DNA of 64,000 nt from an uncultured Phycisphaerales bacterium (GTDB taxonomy: Bacteria; Planctomycetota; Phycisphaerae; Sedimentisphaerales; Anaerobacaceae), in the NCBI GenBank assembly GCA_963772725.1, contig CAVYYI010000001.1:640001-704000 (forward strand), given 5' to 3'. Below the pieces are notes generated by a model. The model did no database searches, had not been told where the DNA came from, and worked only from the letters and a program-made list of their open reading frames with translations. Below, one piece after another: positions 1-9,459 of the stretch; the stretch's first letter is position 1, and each line of letters opens with the position of its first letter. A program made the translations under genes and the position numbers.

Positions 1-272
1 ACTGGCGGGTGTAGCTCCCTGGAATCGTTCTTCGGGAAAATACGATGGCAAAGCACATATCTTCGGTGGCCGAAAAGACGTCCGAAGTGCGCTCTTATAT
101 GGCCGCCTTCAACGCCTCTCGTTTTAATCCGGTTATACGAAAAATGGCTGAAAGACTTACGAAAAAAGGCAAAGCCTACAAAGTAGTTCTTACTGCCTGT
201 ATGCGTAAATTGCTTATTATTTTAAACACTATGATTAGGAATCAAACTCTATGGAATCCAAAAATATCTTAA
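1..272 (+). CDS. IS110-family transposase, C-terminal part (5' end outside window; 1-nt indel near 93)
   Basis: Joined frames read [35 protein letters not shown]...[24 protein letters not shown], the IS110 C-terminal signature. Confidence 0.9.
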
Positions 273-301
273 AAAAATCCTTGAAATCTAACACAGCCGC
301 T
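1..301 (+). mobile_element. IS110-family insertion sequence, right end
   Basis: Transposase stop at 272, then a short end CTTGAAATCTAACACAGCCGCT finishing in CT (300-301); the exact boundary is inferred. Confidence 0.65.
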
Positions 302-302
302 C

Positions 303-791
303 AGCGATGATTTTAAGAAACCGCCAGTAGCTGAAAGTGTGCCACCGACCAACAGGTTAAATGAATACTACCCTGAATACTGGCTTTGTGTCCTTGGAGT
401 TCTGGCACGAAAAGGGGAGATAGGGATTGCGAACTACAAGCTGGCAAGAACAAAACTACATTTTTCTTGGCCAGAAACTAACTACTTTGAGGAATTCTTC
501 ATTGACAGCAAAGATTATATTTCCGAAGTCTGCAATGGCTCTATTCAGACGTGCGAAAAGATACTCGAACACTTCGGCAAACCCTCTGAGTGTCCGATAC
601 CACCCAATTATATAAACACCAAGGAAATTTTTGAAATTTACAAAGTCCCTGGAAGCACACTGGAAGGCTGGAAAGATAAGGACGACAAAGTGGATGTTAG
701 GCATTATAAAAGGCTAAACTACTACCCCAGAGAATGGGTTGAGGAAAAAAAGAAGACTTACAAGCCCAAACCCCCAAAAACTGTTACGTAG
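303..791 (+). CDS. Hypothetical protein with C-terminal HTH-like motif, probably the 3' part of a gene interrupted by IS110
   Basis: The frame of ORF 339-791 stays open back to the IS end; C-terminal NTKEIFEIYKVPGSTLEGWK resembles an excisionase/MerR-type HTH. Confidence 0.45.
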   Translation, partial: SDDFKKPPVAESVPPTNRLNEYYPEYWLCVLGVLARKGEIGIANYKLARTKLHFSWPETNYFEEFFIDSKDYISEVCNGSIQTCEKILEHFGKPSECPIPPNYINTKEIFEIYKVPGSTLEGWKDKDDKVDVRHYKRLNYYPREWVEEKKKTYKPKPPKTVT

Positions 792-957
792 CAGGTTTCA
801 TATCTCCTTTTTTCACAGACACTTGTCATCGTAAATAACATTCGTAACATAAACTCCCCTCTTACGTCTATTTACGAATTGTAACTCTCCAAATTTGTGA
901 GAAAATATCTCCAGTTCCAAAAAAATTTAATAACAAAATTATGAAAGGAGCCTGAAA

Positions 958-1431
958 ATGAAAAAAGCACAATATGGCGAGGACGCAATGATTGATGCTG
1001 TTGCAAGCATGATGAAGTGGGACGAGATAGCATCTGAAGACCAAAGAATCGAGAAACTTTTTAGAGGCGAAATCGTCACTATCGACCTAAAGCAAACCAT
1101 AGCAAAAGAATTAATTTCTGAAATGGTGTTTCAGCTTGATGAGAAAATGTTTCGTCAATTTTTTAAGCGAATTGAAGAAAGATTCTTACAAGACTTGGTT
1201 GGAATTGTAGTCTTATTACATGCAATTCAGAAACGAGTAAACCGCTATCCCACAGGAAGAATTAACATTGATGATATACTTGAAGTGGTTCAAGACAACT
1301 TTGGTCTTGACCGTGATGACGGTATTTTTTATGCTGTGTTTGAAGGTACGCGGAAAATGAAAGGGTACAAACGACTTGAAGCCTCAGTATTTGCAAATGC
1401 GTTTTTTCAACAAGGTCCAACACCTCTGTAG
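958..1431 (+). CDS. Hypothetical protein
   Basis: 157-aa ORF with AAAGGAG RBS upstream. Confidence 0.7.
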   Translation: MKKAQYGEDAMIDAVASMMKWDEIASEDQRIEKLFRGEIVTIDLKQTIAKELISEMVFQLDEKMFRQFFKRIEERFLQDLVGIVVLLHAIQKRVNRYPTGRINIDDILEVVQDNFGLDRDDGIFYAVFEGTRKMKGYKRLEASVFANAFFQQGPTPL

Positions 1432-1965
1432 CCCTTACAAGTAAGTTGGTGAGAGCTTTTTTCGCTTAAAACGTTCAAAGCAACCGTTTTTGTTGTTGTG
1501 TAAAGCAGAGCAGGCAAGCCGTTTAGCAAACTCTGGCTGAGTCTGGTCGCGTCTGAGTAGCCATTTTCTGGCCAGTAACCAGTCCTACAAAACCTACTAC
1601 GGGTTCATATGCTCGCCGTAGAGAGTCAAACTCCCTCAGACTGATGGCAGGGGGGCAGTGCCGTTCAGGTGGTACAGCACTAACCCCAAACCGCTTGGTG
1701 GTAATTACTCCGCCGTCCCGATTTAATTCTTAATATTACTGCCATATTAGCGGAAAATGGCTTAAAAAGCAACTTTTACGGCTATTTTTTATTTGCTTTA
1801 CAGTAAAAAATGGGTATAATTGATATCACTTTATCAGACAGGTTAAAAGTTAAGAGGTGCAAAGAGTATGGAGACAGAGGTCAATCCCGTAAAGCGGTTT
1901 ATATCGTATTTCGCAATTTCTGCGCAAAAGTTGCGATTAAAATATTAACAATTTTGAGGAGATAG

Positions 1966-2784
1966 ATGAGAAACATAAATGTGACTATTTTGGTAACGAT
2001 GTTGCTTTGTTGTGTTGTTGCGGCTGGGGAGCCTGTGATTTTTGATGACGGAGAAACGCACGATATTACCACTGATATTTATAATGGTGTAGATGTGTGG
2101 AACGACGACCTTACCGGTCTCCCCACGACGATTAATGTGCTGGGTGGCGGGTATTTGGAGAGTTATTTGCTTGCCCACGAAGACAGTATCATAAATTTTG
2201 GCGGGAATATGCGTGGGAGTTTGTATGCCATTGACAACAGTATCGTAACTGTTTCCGGCGGAGAGATAGGAACCCATTTATGTGCTCAAGATAACAGTAT
2301 TGTAACTTTATCTGGCGGAAGGATAAGTAACTGCTTGATTGCCGAAGACAGCGCCGTGGTAACTGTTTCGGGTGGAGAGATAGGGGGCAATTTGGAAACT
2401 TCGGGTATGGGTGAAGGCACCATAACTGTCTCTGGTGGGACGATATTAACCTATTTAATTGTGGGCGGTAGTAGCCGTGTTACAGTCTCCGGCGGGTCGA
2501 TAGGTCTGGGGATATATGCAGGATATTACCTTACCAGTTTTCCCAACCAGGCCGAAATAATTTTTGAGGGAAGCAACTTTACTATCGATGGTGAGGCATT
2601 TGGTTATGGGAGAGTTGGAAAAAGTCAGGGTTGGTTGACCGGAACATTGGCCAACGGAGGCACACTGGATAATGCTTTCTACATTGGCTCTAATTCGAGC
2701 ATTATTTTTGCTGAACCTGTTCCCGAACCCGCTACGCTTTTGCTGCTCGGCTTGGGCGGATTGCTTTTAAGAAGAAAAAGCTAA
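1966..2784 (+). CDS. PEP-CTERM sorting domain protein
   Basis: N-terminal signal peptide, Gly-rich beta-helix-like repeats (VTVSGGEIG), C-terminal VPEPATLLLLGLGGLLLRRKS; GAGGAG RBS. Confidence 0.92.
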   Translation: MRNINVTILVTMLLCCVVAAGEPVIFDDGETHDITTDIYNGVDVWNDDLTGLPTTINVLGGGYLESYLLAHEDSIINFGGNMRGSLYAIDNSIVTVSGGEIGTHLCAQDNSIVTLSGGRISNCLIAEDSAVVTVSGGEIGGNLETSGMGEGTITVSGGTILTYLIVGGSSRVTVSGGSIGLGIYAGYYLTSFPNQAEIIFEGSNFTIDGEAFGYGRVGKSQGWLTGTLANGGTLDNAFYIGSNSSIIFAEPVPEPATLLLLGLGGLLLRRKS

Positions 2785-2791
2785 TATTTTT

Positions 2792-3949
2792 TTGGCAGAG
2801 AAAATGAAAGACGAAATTTGTCAAAATTGTGGACACACAATTGGCAAACTTGAACAAGCCTACGTCTATGATAATAAAATTGTATGTAGGCAATGCTTTT
2901 CTGTACTTACTCCCGCGAACACTAATAAAATCCATATATCCTTGGATGCTTCTCCAGCAACCAAGTTTGGATACAACCTTGAAAATAGTGAGGTACAAAA
3001 ATTATATTTAAGTGCAACTCTGAAAAAGAAATCAGGAAACATCTTGGGAGCTATAAATGATTTGGAAAAAGCAGAAATTCTGCAAGGAAAGGCCTCTCTT
3101 AAACTTGCTTCTTATTTGCAGATAGCAGGCAGAGGAAATGATGCATGGAAAAAGTACAATCAAATTTTGCAAGAAACTATGCGCATGGTAGACGACAATG
3201 AGCAACTGACATACCTCTCCGCGATTTATGATAAAATGATGCTGTTTTTGGAAAAAGAAGGGAAATTTCAACAAGCAGTTATATCAGGAATATTTGCACA
3301 TATTATGTTGTCATTGAGTTTATACAGACATAAACAATATGAGGCATTTAGAGAATACATTAGTGATAGTTCCCTCCATTTTCTGGTAGATTATCTGCTG
3401 ATAAATTCAAAATATGAAAAATACGGAGAAGAAATCATATCTGTTATTAAAGAATCTTTGAAATGCCTACCTAAAATAAATCTACATAACTTGGGTGAAA
3501 AAATTAACAAATTATTAAACCAATGCGATTCTGTACATATCTCTAAAGCGGTTCTCTCGGCTTGTCCATATTGTAAATATGTTTTTGAACAAAAGCCCAG
3601 ACGAAATAGAAAATGCCCATCCTGTCAGAAAAGAATAGTTCTTAGACGCGGTAAGTTGCTAACAGAAGTTCAAGCAACGGATTACGATAGAAAGAAGTAT
3701 GCGAAAATAGGCCGGCAAATTACTGCTTCGCAAAAACAAAGTTTAATTGAATACAAAAAATCTGGTGTTGTAAAGTATGTCGAAATATTGTCTGCGGGTG
3801 AAAGTTCTTGTGATGCTTGTTTAGCATTAGATAACAAAAAGCTACTTGTTGAGGATGAGCTTAGAAACCCAACACTTCCAGTTAAAAACTGCACTGGTGG
3901 TTACGGCTATTGTCGCTGTACTTATATTCCTGTTATAGAGGACGGTTGA
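2792..3949 (+). CDS. Hypothetical protein with Zn-ribbons, TPR-like helical middle and Cys-rich C-terminus
   Basis: CxxC pairs (CQNC/CRQC; CPYC/CPSC), helical middle, C-terminal CDAC...CRCTYIPV. Confidence 0.65.
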   Translation: MAEKMKDEICQNCGHTIGKLEQAYVYDNKIVCRQCFSVLTPANTNKIHISLDASPATKFGYNLENSEVQKLYLSATLKKKSGNILGAINDLEKAEILQGKASLKLASYLQIAGRGNDAWKKYNQILQETMRMVDDNEQLTYLSAIYDKMMLFLEKEGKFQQAVISGIFAHIMLSLSLYRHKQYEAFREYISDSSLHFLVDYLLINSKYEKYGEEIISVIKESLKCLPKINLHNLGEKINKLLNQCDSVHISKAVLSACPYCKYVFEQKPRRNRKCPSCQKRIVLRRGKLLTEVQATDYDRKKYAKIGRQITASQKQSLIEYKKSGVVKYVEILSAGESSCDACLALDNKKLLVEDELRNPTLPVKNCTGGYGYCRCTYIPVIEDG

Positions 3950-4503
3950 ACCCGCAACGCTTTTGCTTTTTGGCCTTGGTGCGGTGATGTTGAGAAAGGA
4001 AAACGGTGTACTCAACCGGCTAAATTATCGCATTATGCACTGATTTTGCACAATTCAACAAACCGGTTGCGTAGAGGAACCCTTTCTCTGACTGGAAAAC
4101 CAGCCTAACCGGACTGCCAGCGTTTGATTTTAGGGCTACCACGTTCGATTGTAGCTCCGAACTCCCCCGGACTGAGACCACGGGGGGGGGGACTGAAGCA
4201 GAAAGCCGGTTTTTTCTGGAGTGAAGAAGCCCACATACACACATATGGCGGACTTGTCTGGAGCGGAAGTTAAGCAGAGCAGGTGTGCAGGGAAGGTGCG
4301 ACGCCGAAACCCACACACCGGTTGCTCTGCGAAATTAGCTACTTTCGGTCAATTTTTTTCTCTCTGTGCCTTTTTGACCGTTTTCTAAAAAAAGGGTCAA
4401 AAATATATATACTAAGGAGTTGGCCAAAAGCTGCTTTTTTCATTCAAAAACAAAGCATTTTAAGCATTTTCGGTCAAATTTAATTTTCGTTTTTTTACCC
4501 ATT

Positions 4504-5904
4504 TTAATTTGACCGATTTTGCGGCAATCGCCAGCAATATTTCTCTGCGTGCTTGCCTGTTTTCGGCCATACCCGTCTTAGCTTCAGTTCGCTTACTGCT
4601 CGACGTAGTGTTCTTTCGTCTATTTTTTCTATGGCAGCAGTGTCTATCACAATTTTTCTCGGTACAGCTCCGTCTGCCAGAATCTTCTTCAAAAATTCTT
4701 CTGCTCTTTCCCTCTCTCTTGCCGGTCGGCCACGTCCCTTTTGCTCTGCGAAAATATCCTGAGCTGATTCTTGTACCAGTGTTGTTTCGTATATTAGTTT
4801 AATACTATTTTCATCTGTGGGGTCAACTTGTTTAACTCTGAAAGCCAGTCCTGTTGTCGGTGGACCATAACTCTTTTTTGCACTGACCATCAATTTGCGT
4901 GTTTCATCTTCTTTGTCTGAACCGAACAACCAGACTTGACGTGCGAAATCACCGAAAGCTGTACTGCCAGAAATTCTGTGTAGAGAATCTTGTTTAGAAT
5001 TCTTGTTCGCATGGTGAATTAATAGTATTGCTATCTCGTATTTTTCTGCCAGAGCCTTTAGAGGTCCCAATGTTGCTCGAACTTCTGACATTTTGTATGT
5101 GTCTGCTTTACCGAAGTATGCACTGATAGGGTCGATAATTATTAATTTCAGGTCGGGTATGTTTTTAATTTGGTTTTCAATTGAAGGCAAATCTTTAGTT
5201 ATGTCCAGCCAGTCTAAGTACGCTGAGTCTCTTTTTATACCTTGGAAGATGTAAAGTTTAGCTGGGTCTCCATTCATGGCTTTGTACCGCCACAAAATCA
5301 CTTCACGAACAGCGTCCTCTTGAGCTATCAGAAGGATTGAACCTTTAGGTGCGTTTAACATAGAATTCGGCCAGCCTGCTCCGGTCGAAATTCTGGCAGC
5401 AACATCTAAGGCTTGTGTTGATTTACATTCTCCAGGCATTCCAAAGTATACAGTAGTGCTACCACAGACTATTCGTCCAGGCCAGAGATACTTCATGTGT
5501 TCTGGTTTGATTTCAGAAGCAGGAACTATGACCGCTTCAGACACAGAAGTTTCAGTATATGTGCTGTTTGGATATTTCTCATTCAATTCTCTCATATAAT
5601 CTTCTACTGTTTCGACTTCTTCAGATTCTTCTTCTTGAATTATTTCATCGAGTTCATCATCTGCTTCTTGAATTCCTTTTCGAATGTTCTTTTCGAGTTG
5701 TTCTTGATGTCTGGGGTTGTCCCAGTATTCTCCCATTGACCTATAGTACCTCCAACGTCTTTGCAAATTTTTTAGTTTTGAGAATTTAGGGTTGTGCCAG
5801 AATTCTTCCGTTATTTCAATGGGTGAATTGTCTCTCATTTCCAAAAACATGTTTTGTAATTCTAATGTCTGTCGGTCTTCTATCGATAGTGGTTCAATCT
5901 TCAT
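4504..5904 (-). CDS. AAA/RepA-like (RecA-fold) replicative helicase of a phage or satellite
   Basis: Walker A-like GMPGECKS, LIIIDPISAY, LLIHHANK, SGSTAF and a C-terminal winged-helix-like segment; GGAG RBS before ATG at 5904. Confidence 0.85.
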   Translation of the reverse strand: MKIEPLSIEDRQTLELQNMFLEMRDNSPIEITEEFWHNPKFSKLKNLQRRWRYYRSMGEYWDNPRHQEQLEKNIRKGIQEADDELDEIIQEEESEEVETVEDYMRELNEKYPNSTYTETSVSEAVIVPASEIKPEHMKYLWPGRIVCGSTTVYFGMPGECKSTQALDVAARISTGAGWPNSMLNAPKGSILLIAQEDAVREVILWRYKAMNGDPAKLYIFQGIKRDSAYLDWLDITKDLPSIENQIKNIPDLKLIIIDPISAYFGKADTYKMSEVRATLGPLKALAEKYEIAILLIHHANKNSKQDSLHRISGSTAFGDFARQVWLFGSDKEDETRKLMVSAKKSYGPPTTGLAFRVKQVDPTDENSIKLIYETTLVQESAQDIFAEQKGRGRPARERERAEEFLKKILADGAVPRKIVIDTAAIEKIDERTLRRAVSELKLRRVWPKTGKHAEKYCWRLPQNRSN

Positions 5905-6470
5905 TTTGTTCTCCAGTAAAAAAAGAAGCAGCTTTGACAGGTACGACCGGTAAGAAGAACCCATCTCCACTGCTTCTGTTTTGTCTTTAATTTTTTGATT
6001 ACCAGTCGTTTCATTCAACACCAATAAAAAAAGGTTGCACTTCGATTTCTAACGTCGAATTACAACCTTGATTCACTGCTTACAAGCGTTGTTTATTGAC
6101 CTGTATCTGATTTGATTGCCACAGCATACAGTTTGGCAGCTAAAACTATTATAACCGAAAGCCACTGAAAATGCTCGAAAAAAAAGGCAAAAATTAGAAA
6201 ATTCCCACAAATTTTGTATCCTTAGAAACTATAAGGCCTTACAAGCGAAAACGTTGATTTTTAGATGCCAAAACAGGTTTCTGAGGCAAAAATGTTTTGC
6301 AATTTCCTGCTAAATATGTTAAAATAAACTCCAGAAAGGCGACTTAGACGCAACCTGATTTTGCAGCAAGATGTTAACTGACGTAGTGGTAACAAGTTAA
6401 AATTTTTTTAGTTCGGTTGAGGCAACCGTTGTTACGATGAAATGTGTAAAAGTTATAAAGGTCAAGCAAT

Positions 6471-6866
6471 ATGAAGCAACTACGGTTCTATCTGGACGCT
6501 GAACTGCTCGAACTTGTTCAGCGATTGCAGGATTTTTATCAGATTAAAATTCGAGGCAGTCTACTTCAATATGTATTGATTTTACAAGCTCTGGACATTG
6601 CCAACCTGCCGAAAAATAAAAACTGGTCTGCAATGCAACGCCGGTGCTGGTTACTCTGCCAGAAAATAAAAAATGATATGGGTTCGGTCATTGCCCGACA
6701 AGCAGCCAAAGATGTTCTGACCAAACATCCTGCGACCGCTGAGATGTCAGTTCACGAACTTTGCCAGTTAACAAAAGAGAAACTGGTTGAACTTGCCGAA
6801 GGAAAAGGTATCAGCACGACAGGTCTGCAAAAATCCGGTATCATTCGGAGGCTCAAAAATGAATGA
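6471..6866 (+). CDS. Putative DNA-binding protein (RHH-like N-terminus, Rho-N/HeH-like C-terminus)
   Basis: MKQLRFYLDAELL...; C-terminal LTKEKLVELAEGKGISTTGLQKSGIIRRL. Confidence 0.55.
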   Translation: MKQLRFYLDAELLELVQRLQDFYQIKIRGSLLQYVLILQALDIANLPKNKNWSAMQRRCWLLCQKIKNDMGSVIARQAAKDVLTKHPATAEMSVHELCQLTKEKLVELAEGKGISTTGLQKSGIIRRLKNE

Positions 6867-7086
6867 AAAAGAATATAAAGAACTTCTGGCCAGCACAGAT
6901 TTAAATCGGCTGGCAGCTACGGTAGGGCGTCTTGCTCAATTCCAGAAAAGTGAAGCATTGCAAGATGCTTTGCTGCGCAGGTTCGTTGAGGTTTTTGACG
7001 AACGGTTGACTGAAGTTGAAAAATTTACTGGAATTAAAAAACCTGACGACACCTGCAATAAAAAATGGCCAAGTTTAGGAGAATAA
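6859..7086 (+). CDS. Small hypothetical protein ending in KWPSL motif
   Basis: GGAGG RBS, ATG overlapping the end of the previous gene. Confidence 0.6.
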   Translation: MNEKEYKELLASTDLNRLAATVGRLAQFQKSEALQDALLRRFVEVFDERLTEVEKFTGIKKPDDTCNKKWPSLGE

Positions 7087-7090
7087 AAAA

Positions 7091-7513
7091 ATGTCAAGAG
7101 AACTCAAAGACATAGAACTTAAAGAAATTAGTCTGGTTGACAAACCAGCGAACAAAAAAAGATTCCTATTTTTCAAATCAGGAGAAAATAAAATGTATAA
7201 TGAAAATGATACTTTGGATTTGCTCGATGCGATAGAGTGTGTCGAAAAAAGCTTTGAATTTTCAAAAGATGAAAATGAGAGGCTCGAAACTGCTGTCAAA
7301 GCACTAAACAAACTCAATAGTGATGAAGTGGACGCAATAAGTGGTGTCCTCTTGCTACTCAGCAAATTTGAGACGAAAGTTGAAAAAAGCATAAGCACAC
7401 TTTGGCCGTCTCTCACTAACGAACTGTTACCAATTGCGAAAGCAAGGGCAGGTATTGGCGTTCGTGCAGAAGACAACGGCAGCAAGTGGCCAAGTCTCAG
7501 TTTAATAGAATAA
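7091..7513 (+). CDS. Protein starting with a phage prohead-protease (XkdF-like) motif
   Basis: LKDIELKEISLVDKPANKKRFLFFKS resembles the EISLVDxPAN motif of phage head-maturation proteases; AGGAG RBS. Confidence 0.6.
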   Translation: MSRELKDIELKEISLVDKPANKKRFLFFKSGENKMYNENDTLDLLDAIECVEKSFEFSKDENERLETAVKALNKLNSDEVDAISGVLLLLSKFETKVEKSISTLWPSLTNELLPIAKARAGIGVRAEDNGSKWPSLSLIE

Positions 7514-7523
7514 GGAAAATAAA

Positions 7524-7757
7524 ATGGTAACACAAGGAAACATAAGTGAAGTAACGGTAACTTTTACAACCGGGACAACAGTTTCTTACGCCAGTCGATG
7601 TCCCGATGGTTCTGTCCTCAGAGAGTTCTTGAGAAATCTGGCAGCAGAACTGATTACAGGTGTTGGTACTGGTAAAACTTTTCGATTTACGGACAGCACA
7701 GGAACCATAAATTTCGATAGACGAACAGTGTCCAGTTTTGCTGTTACTTTCAGCTAA
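7524..7757 (+). CDS. Small hypothetical protein
   Basis: 77 aa, AAGGA RBS, co-oriented in the operon. Confidence 0.6.
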   Translation: MVTQGNISEVTVTFTTGTTVSYASRCPDGSVLREFLRNLAAELITGVGTGKTFRFTDSTGTINFDRRTVSSFAVTFS

Positions 7758-7781
7758 CAAAGTTATTAAAGGATATTAACG

Positions 7782-8294
7782 ATGTCAACATTAGAGCAAA
7801 AACTCGAACAGTACAGGTCTACACTCTCCCAGAGCGAAGCTAAGCTCGAACAGTTACGACAGCAGCAAGCTAAAGCAGTCATTGCCGGTAAATCTACCGC
7901 TGCCCTCGACGATGAGATTGCTTCTTTGAGAAACGAAATGGACGCTGCGCCAGCGGTTATTGCTGAGCTTGAAAGCCAGCTTGTTGTTGCTCAGAAAAAG
8001 GCTCAGCAAGCCGAAAGCAACAAACTTCTAACTGCCCAGAAAAAAGCTGCTGCTGAAATCGAATCTCTGAGTAAAGAACTTATTGAAGCACTGGAGCAGG
8101 CAATGGAAATCAACAGTAAACTGCGGGAATCTTACAGGACATACTGTGAGCTACAAACCCAGACTGGCGAATCTGTTGTCAGTCAGAACATTACGCAAGG
8201 TTCGGCAGGTATGCTAAAATACATTTTTGAGATTTGTTCGCAAGAGGTGCAAGGCAAACCGGTAATGAGACAGCTGGTAGCTGTGCCAATATGA
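7782..8294 (+). CDS. Coiled-coil hypothetical protein
   Basis: Heptad-rich Q/E/A/L sequence, AAAGGA RBS. Confidence 0.7.
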   Translation: MSTLEQKLEQYRSTLSQSEAKLEQLRQQQAKAVIAGKSTAALDDEIASLRNEMDAAPAVIAELESQLVVAQKKAQQAESNKLLTAQKKAAAEIESLSKELIEALEQAMEINSKLRESYRTYCELQTQTGESVVSQNITQGSAGMLKYIFEICSQEVQGKPVMRQLVAVPI

Positions 8295-8608
8295 GTAAAA
8301 AAATATTACGCGATAGTAGAGGGCTTTTTGTAAAAGGCACTGCCGGAGCAAGTCCCGGACGGCCTAAAGGCACTTCGTTTATGGACGAATTTTTGCAGGC
8401 AAAAGCAACTGTTGAGAAACGAAAACGAAAGTCTCTGTTAGTTCACTTTTGCGAACGTGCATATGAGGATGACAGAGTCCTGATTGCTTGCGTTGACAGA
8501 ATTTTACCTGCTCTGAAAAGTGTCGAATTTATTGGCAGTGTTGACACTTCAATGACCGATGAGCTTGCTGCTTCTATCCAGAAAAAATTAGCCGAGCGAT
8601 ATAGTTAG
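8291..8608 (+). CDS. Terminase small subunit-like protein (DUF5681-type N-terminus)
   Basis: RDSRGLFVKGTAGASPGRPKG matches the GxFxKGxSGNPxGRPKG-type motif; ATGA coupling to the upstream gene. Confidence 0.65.
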   Translation: MSKKILRDSRGLFVKGTAGASPGRPKGTSFMDEFLQAKATVEKRKRKSLLVHFCERAYEDDRVLIACVDRILPALKSVEFIGSVDTSMTDELAASIQKKLAERYS

Positions 8609-8655
8609 GAACCTCCTTTGCGAAAGATAGAAAGTTTCGCAACAACCCCTTGTTG

Positions 8656-9459
8656 TCATTCATCAGCAGGGGGTTTCTTTAATAAATCAGAAAGCATAGC
8701 AATATATCGCCAAGCGTTTTTTGGGTTAATACGTTCCAATTGATTCATCCAAAGGGCAAGCTGTGTATCTTCTGAAAGTTTGCACAGACGTGTAGCTGCG
8801 CTTTCATGGTCTCTAAGGTGGTAATTGACTACTCTTGCATTGAATTGCATAGCTGGTAAGAATCGCGACCAAGGTGAAGCTCCCCTCATTGCTGCTTTTA
8901 AGACAGGATGTCGCCACACCGCTTGCGGAATTAAAACGACCGCTGGTTGAAGTAAAGCCAACTCACCGACAACGAACGGTAGAGAAGCTGTCAGCTTCTT
9001 AATGTCCCGTAGGTAATCTTTGTTACCATGGGATTTGATGCTGAACTTACACCAGTTGGTTACGGCGATTGTCTCCAGAAACGAATGTGGGTTTGCTCTC
9101 TGTTGGAGACCTACTTTTGAAGTTATGAAAAGTCCGGCAGCTAAAAGTCCACCGTCTGTTACCGGCTGAATACCAACGTTTGGAAAGAAGGGGGTTTTGC
9201 CCTTTTCTTCGTAGCAAGCACGATAGCGGTTCCAAACAGCTTCCGTTTGAAAACGCTTTAGGTCTAATTCTTGTTCAGGTTTGAGATGTTTATTGTTGAG
9301 CCAACTGAGGTTTTCTGCGCTGGCGTAAATCAACAGTCCTTTACCAGGTTTGTAGTTTTTCCCGACCAGAGGTATAGAGGGTTTGAATTGCCAAGCCCAA
9401 GTGGGTGTGCCGGTGAAAGTGTCAGTGTCTTTAAATCTTTGAATAAGTAATTCTTGCAT
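8656..9459 (-). CDS. Hypothetical protein, possible uracil-DNA-glycosylase-superfamily fold
   Basis: IPLVGKNY, IAVTNWCKF and ELALLQPAVVLI appear in UDG-like order; start codon uncertain. Confidence 0.5.
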   Translation of the reverse strand: MQELLIQRFKDTDTFTGTPTWAWQFKPSIPLVGKNYKPGKGLLIYASAENLSWLNNKHLKPEQELDLKRFQTEAVWNRYRACYEEKGKTPFFPNVGIQPVTDGGLLAAGLFITSKVGLQQRANPHSFLETIAVTNWCKFSIKSHGNKDYLRDIKKLTASLPFVVGELALLQPAVVLIPQAVWRHPVLKAAMRGASPWSRFLPAMQFNARVVNYHLRDHESAATRLCKLSEDTQLALWMNQLERINPKNAWRYIAMLSDLLKKPPADE

